64,000 bases of DNA from Methanotrichaceae archaeon (GTDB lineage Archaea; Halobacteriota; Methanosarcinia; Methanotrichales; Methanotrichaceae), in contig CAWEXU010000030.1 of assembly GCA_963813075.1 (NCBI GenBank), forward strand, positions 160,001-224,000. The letters run 5' to 3'. Position 1 is the stretch's first letter. Each line of letters begins with the position of its first letter. The notes beneath the pieces were generated by a model. The model ran no database searches. It was not told the origin of the DNA and saw nothing but the letters and a program-made list of their open reading frames with translations. The translations under genes were made by a program, and so were the position numbers. This document shows, piece by piece, positions 39,609-48,479 of the stretch.

Positions 39609-40239
39609 ATGGTCCATATCTCCGATGGCGTCCTGCCCCCGACCATGCTGGCGGCAGGATTCCTCTTCACTACTTATCCTGCTCGTTCTCTCTTTGAAGA
39701 GCATACAGATAGAGGAGATTCCCAAGATCTCATTGATCACAGCCGCGCTGTTCGTGGCCAGCCTGGTCCACTTCCCTGTGGGCCCCACATCAGTTCACCT
39801 GATAATGAACGGTCTCGCTGGCATACTGCTGGGACGAAGGGCCTTTATCGGTGTCTTTGTAGCCCTGACACTGCAGGCGGTCTTCTTTCAGCATGGAGGC
39901 CTAACCGTGATGGGGGTCAATGCCTTCAACATCGGCGTGCCCGCCTTGCTCGCCTGGCAGCTATTTGAGAAGAGAAGAGGCCTGGAGTCCCCCCGCCTGG
40001 AGGCGGTCTTCGGTGCTCTTGCCGGGGGACTGGCCGTCCTGGCGTCGGTGCTAATGGTCTCCCTGGAACTGCTGACTCTGGGTGAGGCATTCAATGAGAT
40101 ATCGCTCCTGGTGATAGGCGCTCACTTGCCGGTGATACTCATAGAAACAGCAGTGGTGGGAGGAGCAGCAGGATTTCTCTTAAAAGTCAAGCCAGAGATG
40201 CTGGCGGATAGCAATAGAGGGACTATGGAGGTAAATTGA
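39609..40239 (+). CDS. cbiM: NikM/CbiM ECF substrate component, frameshifted near 39668
   Basis: MVHISDGVL N-terminus in one frame; FVASLVHFPVGPTSVHL, LQAVFFQHGGLTVMGVN in the next. Confidence 0.85.
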
Positions 40240-40240
40240 G

Positions 40241-40561
40241 ATGAGGTGGATACCAGCTTTGATTATTGCCGCCCTGCTCCTGGCGGGAGCGGCCAGTGCT
40301 CACAGGATGTTTGTAGGCCAGCAGATAACCGTGGACCTGTTCGTCTTCTATGACGATGGCAGCCCGGCAGCCAATGCCGAGGTGAGGCTCTATCAGGAGG
40401 GAGAGCTTTATGCCGAGAACGTCACCGATGCCACAGGAAGGTTTACCGTCACCCTTCCGGGAAAAGGAACGGGAAACTGGAGCTATGAGGTCCAGGGAGG
40501 AGGACATACCGAGAAGGGCTTCATAAGTATCAACAATACTCTCTCAGGAAAAAGCAGGTGA
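40241..40561 (+). CDS. Small secreted prealbumin/carboxypeptidase-regulatory-like fold protein (NikK/L-like)
   Basis: Signal peptide then HRMF; YDDGSPAANAEV, TDATGRF, GGGH. Confidence 0.65.
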   Translation: MRWIPALIIAALLLAGAASAHRMFVGQQITVDLFVFYDDGSPAANAEVRLYQEGELYAENVTDATGRFTVTLPGKGTGNWSYEVQGGGHTEKGFISINNTLSGKSR

Positions 40562-40565
40562 TGAG

Positions 40566-40973
40566 ATGAAGGCCCTATTGGCCCTGGTTTTCCTTCTCCT
40601 CCTGACTGTTCATCCTACCTGCGGCCACAGGATGATGATGGGCTATCAGGTAAATGAGATTCAGGTGACCGCTCTTTATGACGATGGAACCCCGGCTCAA
40701 GGAGTGGAGATCGAGGTTCAGAGCGAGGGCGAGACCATAGAAAAAGGGGTGACGAACGATAAGGGCACCTATGTCGTCCGGCCTGACGAGGGAACGGGAG
40801 ATCTCACATTTGTGAGCTACTCGACCGGACACAGGGCAGAGCTCGACCTGGACCTGGTGCAGAAGGAGGCACAAGAGCAGGTCTCAAGGCCCCTCCGAGT
40901 GGCAGCAGGCCTTGGCTATCTGCTGGGAGCTGCAGGGTTGGCCATGATCTTCATAACCAGAAAGAAAAGATAA
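40566..40973 (+). CDS. Membrane-anchored NikL/CbiL-like protein
   Basis: Signal peptide then HRMM; YDDGTPAQG, TNDKG, TGH; C-terminal TM AGLGYLLGAAGLA followed by RKKR. Confidence 0.68.
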   Translation: MKALLALVFLLLLTVHPTCGHRMMMGYQVNEIQVTALYDDGTPAQGVEIEVQSEGETIEKGVTNDKGTYVVRPDEGTGDLTFVSYSTGHRAELDLDLVQKEAQEQVSRPLRVAAGLGYLLGAAGLAMIFITRKKR

Positions 40974-41034
40974 AAAGCCGGGGGAAGATAAGAGCGCATG
41001 GTGAGTCAAGAGCGGACAGTGAGCAGAGGCGAGC

Positions 41035-41785
41035 ATGAGCAACTTTAACCCAGAGAGGTACTCAGACCTTAATTCGCCTTTACACCGCTGGGAGACGCGG
41101 ATCAAGCTCATCTCCCTCTTTGTGCTGATCGTCTCCATTGTCATCGCGGAAGAGGTCAGCCAGGCTCTGGCAGGGCTAATAGTAGCAATTCTACTGGTCC
41201 TGATATCAAGGCTTCCATTCCACCACGTCCTGAGATTCATGAAGTGGCCCTTCATATTTCTTCTGCCCTTGCTGGTCATCCTTCCCTTTACCGTCGAAGG
41301 GGCAGACTCTGTTCAGCTACCACTCTATTACATTCAGCCGCCAGGGTCTGCATCTCGGACTGCTGTTTATGATCAGGGGAATTGCCGCCGCCCTCCTGGC
41401 CCTGATTATGGCGGGAACAGCTCCATTCAATGTGAACATCAATGCCTTAAAGAGCCTTGGCATGCCCGGTCCTCTCACCCAGATCTTCCTATTCGCCTAT
41501 CGCTATATCTTCCTCTTGAATGAAGATCTGCAGACCATGAGAAGGTCTCTTGCCTCCAAGGGATTCGAGACGAGGTCATCTACCAGATCGGCCCGCATAA
41601 TGGCGATGGCTGTGGCAATGCTTCTCATCAGGAGCTATGAGCGATCGGAGTATGTCTTCAATGCCATGCTCTCTCGTGGCTACCAGGGAAGATTGCCCTC
41701 CGGCCGGAAGATGATGATCAAAGGCATCGATCTGCTCAAGGGATTTTCGGTTGTGGCAGCGGCTCTGTTAATTCAGTTTGTCTAA
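41035..41785 (+). CDS. cbiQ: NikQ/CbiQ ECF transmembrane component, +1 frameshift at G-run 41299-41302
   Basis: SPLHRWETRIKL...ILPF, then FAYRYIFLL, LLIRSYERSE, AMLSRGY. Confidence 0.85.
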
Positions 41786-41819
41786 GGATATTCATTTGAT
41801 CGCGAGATTGGCAGGTAGT

Positions 41820-42653
41820 ATGATGAATCTGGAAAAAGCCATAGAGGTTGAGGATCTCAGCTACAGCTACTCTGATGGAACGCGTGCCCTGGATGGGGTC
41901 AGCTTCTCCCTGGCAGAAGGAGAGTCCCTGGCTCTGCTAGGGCCCAATGGAGCGGGCAAGTCCACACTGCTGCTTCACTTGAATGGACTGTTAAGAGGGC
42001 AGGGAAAGGTCAGGATTCGGAACAAAGAGATCAGCGATGAGAGCCTGAGATGGGTCCGAAGCCAGGTGGGAATGGTCTTTCAGGATCCGGATGATCAGCT
42101 CTTCATGCCCAGTCTGGATGAGGATGTGGCCTTCGGTCCGGCGAATATGGACCTGTCCCAAGAGGAGGTGGATGAGAGGGTGCAATGGGCACTGCAATGC
42201 GTTGGCCTCTCCGACCTGGAGGCAAAGGTGCCTCACCACCTGAGCTTCGGCCAGAGGAAGAGAGCCGCTTTTGCCACCGTCCTCTCCATGAGGCCTCAGG
42301 TGTTGGTCCTGGATGAGCCCACCTCGAACCTGGATCCCCGCTCCAGGATGGAGATGGTCTCCCTCATCCGAGAGCAGCAGAGAAAGGGAACGGCCATCAT
42401 CACCGCCACCCATGATGTGAACCTGGTGGCTCTGCTGGCGGACAGGGTTCTTCTTCTCAATAAGAGCATCGTGGCCGAGGGTAGTGTTCATCAGATCATG
42501 AGCAGGAGGGATTTGATGGATGATCTGGACCTGGAGGTGCCCATCCTTGCCGATCTATTCAAGACTCTGCAGGAGGAGGGACTGTATTCTGGGGCCATTC
42601 CCTTCAAGAAGGATGAGGCCATTGGGGCGATAAGAGAGATGCTCCGGATCTAG
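41820..42653 (+). CDS. cbiO: NikO/CbiO ECF ATPase
   Basis: GPNGAGKST, FQDPDDQLF, DVAFGP, LSFGQRKR, LDEPT. Confidence 0.92.
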   Translation: MMNLEKAIEVEDLSYSYSDGTRALDGVSFSLAEGESLALLGPNGAGKSTLLLHLNGLLRGQGKVRIRNKEISDESLRWVRSQVGMVFQDPDDQLFMPSLDEDVAFGPANMDLSQEEVDERVQWALQCVGLSDLEAKVPHHLSFGQRKRAAFATVLSMRPQVLVLDEPTSNLDPRSRMEMVSLIREQQRKGTAIITATHDVNLVALLADRVLLLNKSIVAEGSVHQIMSRRDLMDDLDLEVPILADLFKTLQEEGLYSGAIPFKKDEAIGAIREMLRI

Positions 42654-42758
42654 GCGTGAATTCTCAGGCAATTATGCCCTTTTTGGCCAGCGCTAGAAAG
42701 CCAATGGAAACGGTAAAAGGCCAAAAGAGGATGAAGCCCAGGAAATAATCCCCGGGCT

Positions 42759-43628
42759 TTAAAAGTCGGTTCTCAGGACCACAGTCGCCCGATAGACGGG
42801 GCCTACAAATGTCTTCTCATTGGAGTCCTCACCGCTGAGGTGCGTCCTTGGCCTCCACCACCCGGGTGTCCATGAGGGTATCGGCAACAACCACCCACTC
42901 GCTCAGCTCATCTGTGCTGGACAGGTTGAGGCTCACCTTTCCTTCTGCATCGGTCATGCCTCTTATCTTCGTATCATCGCCAACCTTCTGAGCGATCAGC
43001 TCCATGTCGCTGAAGGGCTGGCCCTGATACAGAACCTGGAACTGGAAGTCGCCGTTGCCCACCTCGGTGATATTGGTGAGGGGCACGATCTCCAGTATCT
43101 GTCCCACGGGCTTTGAGGCAATGGAGTAATCAGAATCAGGACCGGCTATGAATGACTTGCCATAGGTGTGGAGGGGATAAGATCTCTCGACATACCAGTC
43201 ATTGGCCCAGCCGGTCTTGTTGATGGCGTCAAAGTCGATCTCATCCACTGTGCCAGCCTCCCAGTATCCAGTTGCCGGAGGATTGGTGATGATGTGAGTC
43301 CAGGCTCCACCGCCGTTATAGGAGGTTATGACGTACAATCCCGGGTGCTCGACATCGAAGCTGAAGATGGGCCAGTTGCCCATGGTATCGATCTTTTCAT
43401 CGAGAATATGATCGATCACCTCGCCATCCTGTCTGATTATGGTCAGGTTGGTCAATCCCTCAGGCATCTCTGTGGAGGAGGTGTTGTGACCGGCGGCCAC
43501 AGGCAGTATGGCTGTATCTCCTAATATTCACAAAGCCGGATATGGGCCGGACGAATATCTGATGAGCGTTCACTGCTGCCGGAGAAAATAGCATTAGCAG
43601 CACCAGCTATTAGCAATAGTCTTCTCAT
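42759..43628 (-). pseudogene. Third DUF4198-like protein, three +1 frameshifts (near 43607, 43523 and 42838)
   Basis: Reconstructed MRRLLLI-LVLLMLFSPAAVNA|HQIF...AAGHN...PVGQILEIVPL...FQVLYQGQP...TDAEGKV...GPVYRATVVLRTDF. Confidence 0.7.
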
Positions 43629-43674
43629 ACTCTGTACACCGATCTGATTTAGGATATCACACTATACTTAAACT

Positions 43675-43702
43675 TTGCTACTAAATTAGAGAAATGTAAT
43701 TT
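43675..43702. promoter_or_regulatory. Candidate NikR operator next to the TATA box of the 43628 gene
   Basis: TTGCTAC-N14-GTAATTT. Confidence 0.55.
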
Positions 43703-43859
43703 CAAATCGTATTATTAATCTGTATATCGATAAGCAGCCCAAAGATTCAGGCAGATCATATAAGATCATCCCGAGCGGCTGGCAGTAGGCGGCTACCTCC
43801 AGTCTAGGTACAGCAGGTTGCCGGTAGAAGTTAAAGATCAAGTGATTGAGTAGAAGAAT

Positions 43860-43916
43860 CAAAAAATAAGGACATTAATGCTGCTCAATTCTGAGAGCCA
43901 GAGAATTGGCTCTCAG
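43860..43916 (-). terminator. Perfect 10-bp hairpin over the stop codon of the His-rich microprotein, followed by a T-tract
   Basis: CTGAGAGCCA-GAGAAT-TGGCTCTCAG (43891-43916); A6 at 43861 on + reads T6 on -. Confidence 0.65.
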
Positions 43917-44038
43917 TGTTTGTGGCAGCACTTATGGGTGTGATTATGATGCTCTTTGTCGTGAACATGTTCGTGCTCATGCATCTTTCCATCATGCTCA
44001 TGGCATGCGACGTGTTTATCGCCGGTATGACAGCACAT
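43913..44038 (-). CDS. 41-aa His/Cys-rich microprotein (Hpn-like candidate nickel-storage peptide); absent from the ORF track
   Basis: MCCHTGDKHVACHEHDGKMHEHEHVHDKEHHNHTHKCCHKH (14 His, 5 Cys); SD GGAGGTGA 6 nt upstream; AAAGCTTTTATA BRE/TATA-like box at about 44101-44089; terminator hairpin. Confidence 0.85.
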   Translation of the reverse strand: MCCHTGDKHVACHEHDGKMHEHEHVHDKEHHNHTHKCCHKH

Positions 44039-44391
44039 TTGTTTTCACCTCCGATTTTACTTTCACAATATAAACTCGATCAGCAGGCTATAAAAGCTTT
44101 ACTGTTATCGATAATCGCTGAAGCTGTTTAAATTTTTTAAAGGAAGATTTTGTTGTCGTCATAATTACAGTGATTGTAATAGAGAAAAAATCATCTAAGA
44201 ATCCCTATTCGTATCAATTAGTATTACCACATCCAGCTTCACTCCGCTAACTAATAGCGGGAATAATCGATCATCGAGACCTTAGGATCTCCTCCAAATC
44301 AGGGCCACAATGAACCGCCAGACTGAGGACTATTCACCTGCCTACAGGCTTATTCTTCTCCGAGAATTCCTCGCGCAGGGATCATGTCGGA

Positions 44392-44631
44392 TAGCCCATC
44401 CCAGAAATCCTCCAACTTGCTTCACATTGGACACCAATCTGGGGAATGAAATTGAATGCCAATTCTGAAAATAGAAAAATTCGCAAGTATATACCAAGAG
44501 GTAGCAATCATTCTCTTGGCCGGGGCGATTTTATATTTGATAAGTCCGAGCTAGAGATACAGAGCGCCGCTTTCTGATGCAGCATTAGATCAATGGAATT
44601 TAAAATTCATCCCCCGCAAAATGAGGATTGC
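44392..44631. mobile_element. Possible MITE or IS-end remnant
   Basis: Non-coding ~240 bp bounded by imperfect inverted ends TAGCCCATCC...GGATTGC; resembles, from memory only, a dispersed Methanothrix repeat. Unverified. Confidence 0.3.
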
Positions 44632-44750
44632 AGGAAAAGGGCACCGCAAATGGAGTGTTTTGATGGACCATCTCCCCGCCGCATAGATGATTCCGAGACG
44701 GCGTGCTGCCTGGACAGCCAGAGCGGGCAACGTCAGGCATCCGTGCACCC

Positions 44751-45126
44751 TTACAGCTCGTCATCCAGGCCGCATAGAGAGCAGCGATGGTGCCATTTGG
44801 GCTCGGCCACGAACTGGACAGGATCGCCGCTGGCATAGCGGTTGGCACATCGGCTGAATTAGCTCTGGCGCCTCCGAGGGCGATATGCTCCCGGGCTTGA
44901 TCCTTCCCAGCTCCCGCCCCAGGACGCCAAAGCGACCCTCTGTCTTATCGACGGTTACGACAGCATATTCAGGGGAGACTTCGCTCTCGCCATCGCTCAA
45001 GAAGAGCAGCTTATCATGATAGAAGCTGCAGCAAAGAGGCCAGCTGCAATAGAACATCGCTTTTATCAGCTCGTCTTTGCTCTTTATCTCCTGGAAGGAG
45101 AACGCACGATCTGGATGATTCATCAT
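44751..45126 (-). CDS. Hypothetical protein with C-terminal HHxCxxC, frameshifted near 44850
   Basis: MMNHPDRAFSF...WPLCCSF...; the shifted frame gives ANRYASGDPVQFVAEPKWHHRCSLCGLDDEL*. Confidence 0.6.
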
Positions 45127-45295
45127 ACTCACCTTGCTCTTTTGGACCTGAAGATAGATCTCTCTTTGATCCAGCAACAGATCTAATTATTACAATATTA
45201 TATACTATTCTTACAACATAAGATCTTTTCGGTGTGATTTATGAAAAGCGGTTTATCCAGCCCGACTGAGCGAGCGATGGATCTCATATCCCAAG

Positions 45296-45781
45296 TTATT
45301 CCTCTTTTCTCTTCTCCAGCACCCGAATCATCTCAATTACCGTCTCTGGATAGTTGCCCGTTTTGTCCTTCTCCAGATACTTGACCATATCCCAGATGTT
45401 CAGCAGTGCCACGCTCACACCGGTGAGAGCCTCCATCTCCACTCCCGTTCTTCCAAAGGAGGTCACTGTGACTGTGGCCCAGACTCTGATCTCCTCCAGC
45501 TCGAATCTTATCTCCAGACCGGTTATGGGAATGGGGTGGCAGAGAGGAATCAGACGGGGAGTATCCTTGACTGCCAGGATGGCCGCCAGCCTGGCGGTAG
45601 CCAGGGGATCACCCTTCTTTATATCTCCACTGCGCATGGCCTGGAGTGTAGACTCCTTCAGCCTTATCGATCCCGTAGCAGTGGCCTTTCTATAGACCGG
45701 CGGCTTGGAGGTGATATCCACCATACCCTCAAGCTTTTCTGCCCCGACAACCTCTATTGATCCCGCTTCCTCTTCCTTCAT
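45296..45781 (-). CDS. moaC: Cyclic pyranopterin monophosphate synthase
   Basis: MVDITSKP, KKGDPL, LIPLCHPI, TGVEMEALTGV, IWDMVK. Confidence 0.95.
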   Translation of the reverse strand: MKEEEAGSIEVVGAEKLEGMVDITSKPPVYRKATATGSIRLKESTLQAMRSGDIKKGDPLATARLAAILAVKDTPRLIPLCHPIPITGLEIRFELEEIRVWATVTVTSFGRTGVEMEALTGVSVALLNIWDMVKYLEKDKTGNYPETVIEMIRVLEKRKEE

Positions 45782-45854
45782 CCTCTCTCCCCCGATTCTC
45801 AGATCTTGTCCCCTTCTCTCACCGGCCTCAGTTTCCCACATTGCATTCGCTTTC

Positions 45855-47252
45855 CTAGATTCTCATGGCCCGAGGGATCGATTCCACCAGATCGGTGGCC
45901 AGCATACCGAATCCCTTCTCCAGATAGACCAGATCGCCCGCCCTACCATTTACGAAGGCTGCTGCGCTCGCCGCCCGCAGGGCAGATGTGCGGGCATAAA
46001 AGGCGGCCACAATACCCGCCAGAACGTCGCCCGTCCCGCCCACGGTCATCCCTGGGTTGCCGGTGGTATTGGCCCTCATAACCTCACCATCGGTGATCAG
46101 GTCGACCTTTCCCTTGAGCAGAACGGTTATGCCCTTCTCCCGGGCATAGCCCTTCAAAGGCTCGGTCCGTTCCTTATAGTCCAGGTCCAGTAGAGATATG
46201 CCGCTGATCCTCTGAAACTCTCCGGCATGGGGGGTGATAATGCCCTTCAGGGGAAGGTCCGGCAGGAGGGCATCGGCATCGATCACCACCTTCTTGGCCA
46301 GCGGGATTATGCATGAAAGTGCTTCAAGGGTATCGGTATGTCTTCCCAATCCCATGCCCATCACCACCACATCGTGAGCTGCGACTAGATCCTGCAGTGC
46401 CGGCAGATCACTGGAATTGAGGTGATCTCCAGATAGCTCTCGCACAATCAGGTCCGGCGAGAAGCCGGAGATGGTCTTTGCCGCCCTTCTTGGCGCAGCC
46501 ACGGTGACTATATCCGCCCCCGCCCGCAGAGCAGCCAGGGCAGTGAGAGCAGGAGCGCCGGTATAAGGCCCGCCACCTATGACCAGGATCCTGCCGCTAT
46601 CCCCTTTATGACTCTCCAGTGATCTCCTTCCCACAAGCCGCAGGTCTCCGGGCCCCACGAAAAGCTCGGCCTCTGGAGGTATGCCGATATCTGCCACAAC
46701 AACCCCCTCCCCCAGATCCGGTTTTGGTCGGTGAAATGTGACAGTATAATCAGCCCGCACCACCTTGTTGGTCCCCAGACCGCTGGGAATGTCCACCGAT
46801 AGCACCCTCTTGCCTGAACGGTTGATGGCATCGATCGCTGCTGCCTCAAGGCCGGCCACCCTTCCTTTTACTCCGGTCCCGAAGATGGCATCCACAATCA
46901 GGTCGCATTCAATGAGCATAAGGTCATCGACATCCCTTACCTCTCGCAAATCCCAGTGCAAGCGCTCCAGGATCTCCCAGTTCCTCTTTGCCTCTCCGGT
47001 GGATATATCGCGGGAGCGGCCCAAAAGGTATACGGTAACACCAAAACCTGCTAAATGGCGGGCAGCGACGAAGGCATCGCCGCCATTGTTTCCCCGGCCG
47101 GCAACTATTGCAATTCTCTTTCCCGGAGATATTGCCGCGATCTCTCGGGCTATGGCAGCACCAGCATTTTCCATCAGCTGGAGAGGGAGCAGCCCGAAGT
47201 ACTGGCAGTTGGCGTCCACGGCCTGCATCTCTTCGCGGGATATCATTCTCAT
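45855..47252 (-). CDS. nnr: Bifunctional NAD(P)H-hydrate epimerase/dehydratase (NnrE-NnrD)
   Basis: LMENAG, GRGNNGGD, DAIFGTG, SVDIPSG, SHKGDSG, ITPHAGEF, GGTGDVLAG. Confidence 0.94.
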   Translation of the reverse strand: MRMISREEMQAVDANCQYFGLLPLQLMENAGAAIAREIAAISPGKRIAIVAGRGNNGGDAFVAARHLAGFGVTVYLLGRSRDISTGEAKRNWEILERLHWDLREVRDVDDLMLIECDLIVDAIFGTGVKGRVAGLEAAAIDAINRSGKRVLSVDIPSGLGTNKVVRADYTVTFHRPKPDLGEGVVVADIGIPPEAELFVGPGDLRLVGRRSLESHKGDSGRILVIGGGPYTGAPALTALAALRAGADIVTVAAPRRAAKTISGFSPDLIVRELSGDHLNSSDLPALQDLVAAHDVVVMGMGLGRHTDTLEALSCIIPLAKKVVIDADALLPDLPLKGIITPHAGEFQRISGISLLDLDYKERTEPLKGYAREKGITVLLKGKVDLITDGEVMRANTTGNPGMTVGGTGDVLAGIVAAFYARTSALRAASAAAFVNGRAGDLVYLEKGFGMLATDLVESIPRAMRI

Positions 47253-48262
47253 ATAGATCGATTTATCTCCTGCAACTGCCTTCTCTTTTCCCTATCCGCC
47301 TTTCCCCAGTCCTTGTAGGTATACATCTTCGCATCATAGCCGAGCATCGTCAGAGAAAACCACATCACAGAGGCCTTGGTCCCTGTGGTGGTGAAAACGA
47401 CCACCGATTTGTTTAAAGTTAAATTGCTGAAGATCCCTTCAAGCTCGCTTTTCCCCCGGATTAACTTATTATCCAGGACTTCATCATAGGGAATATTGAT
47501 GGCACCAGGTATCGATCCGTACTCGAACTCCTCTTTGGATCTGGCATCCACGATCTGAGCCTCTCCACTCATCACATAATCATAGGAGGCATACAGCCCC
47601 TCATTCAGGACAGGGGAATAGGTGCTCATTGGCCGGGTTATGGATGAGTTTTCAACTGGCAGTCCCGCCTGTACCCAGGCATCTATCCCGCCGTTTAGCA
47701 CCCGGATATCCTCATGGCCCATATAGCGCAGCAGCCAGTAGACATAGGTAGCAGTAGAAGGACCTCCCCCGCAGGGCTGGCATTCACCATAAACCACCAG
47801 CGGATCGCTGCGGGAGATGCCAGCATCTCCCAGAATACCAGCGATATCAGAGATGTTCTTGAGGGAGGCGGTGTTGTTATTGTCCACGAATTCCCGGTAT
47901 GAGATCTGGACAGCGCCGGGAATGAATGAGGCCGGATTGTCGCTGCCATCCAGGATTACATCCTCCTTTGAGATCTCTTGAGGTGATACAAGCATACCGC
48001 GAGCGGATTGGCTCCCGGATTCCATCCCATCCTCAGATGGCACTGATTTCACCTCCAGACCGGGCTGGCTGGCTGGAGTGGCACTGACTTGCTCGGACAG
48101 GTAATTTCCGGTGATTTTATGGATCGCCTCATTTATCCAACTATCCACAAAATTGCAGGTGGAGCACTCGGCGCTGGCGGATGAACAAAAGATCGTCATC
48201 GTCAAAAGGATTATTCCAAGCGCCATTATTGCGCTCTTGGCGGTTGATTTGATTTCAGACAT
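47249..48262 (-). CDS. Secreted tandem-domain rhodanese/sulfurtransferase-like protein
   Basis: Signal peptide; FIPGAVQI, YWLLRYMGHEDIRVLNGGIDAW, IVDARSKEEF, SIPGAINIP. Confidence 0.85.
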   Translation of the reverse strand: MSEIKSTAKSAIMALGIILLTMTIFCSSASAECSTCNFVDSWINEAIHKITGNYLSEQVSATPASQPGLEVKSVPSEDGMESGSQSARGMLVSPQEISKEDVILDGSDNPASFIPGAVQISYREFVDNNNTASLKNISDIAGILGDAGISRSDPLVVYGECQPCGGGPSTATYVYWLLRYMGHEDIRVLNGGIDAWVQAGLPVENSSITRPMSTYSPVLNEGLYASYDYVMSGEAQIVDARSKEEFEYGSIPGAINIPYDEVLDNKLIRGKSELEGIFSNLTLNKSVVVFTTTGTKASVMWFSLTMLGYDAKMYTYKDWGKADREKRRQLQEINRSI

Positions 48263-48479
48263 GAATCATCGTTCCTCTCTATAGCAGATTCCATCTTTCC
48301 AGGGAGCTATTCATAAATTGTGAAGATGGATCCCAGTTAAAAAATCCTTCCATCCAGAATTGGTTTTATCAGCTTATGAATTACTGAAATGAAACAATTC
48401 TGTATAAATTCGATCTTAAGGTTCCATACCATTTATACAGCAAAAAGATCAACTAATAAGGCAATTGGATGGTAAATAA

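Noticed and set aside
43916..44131. 71-aa hydrophobic Met/Val-rich ORF on + that looks like a membrane peptide
   Set aside because: It is the antisense shadow of the His-rich peptide (CAT/CAC read as ATG/GTG). The SD, TATA and terminator all support the minus strand.
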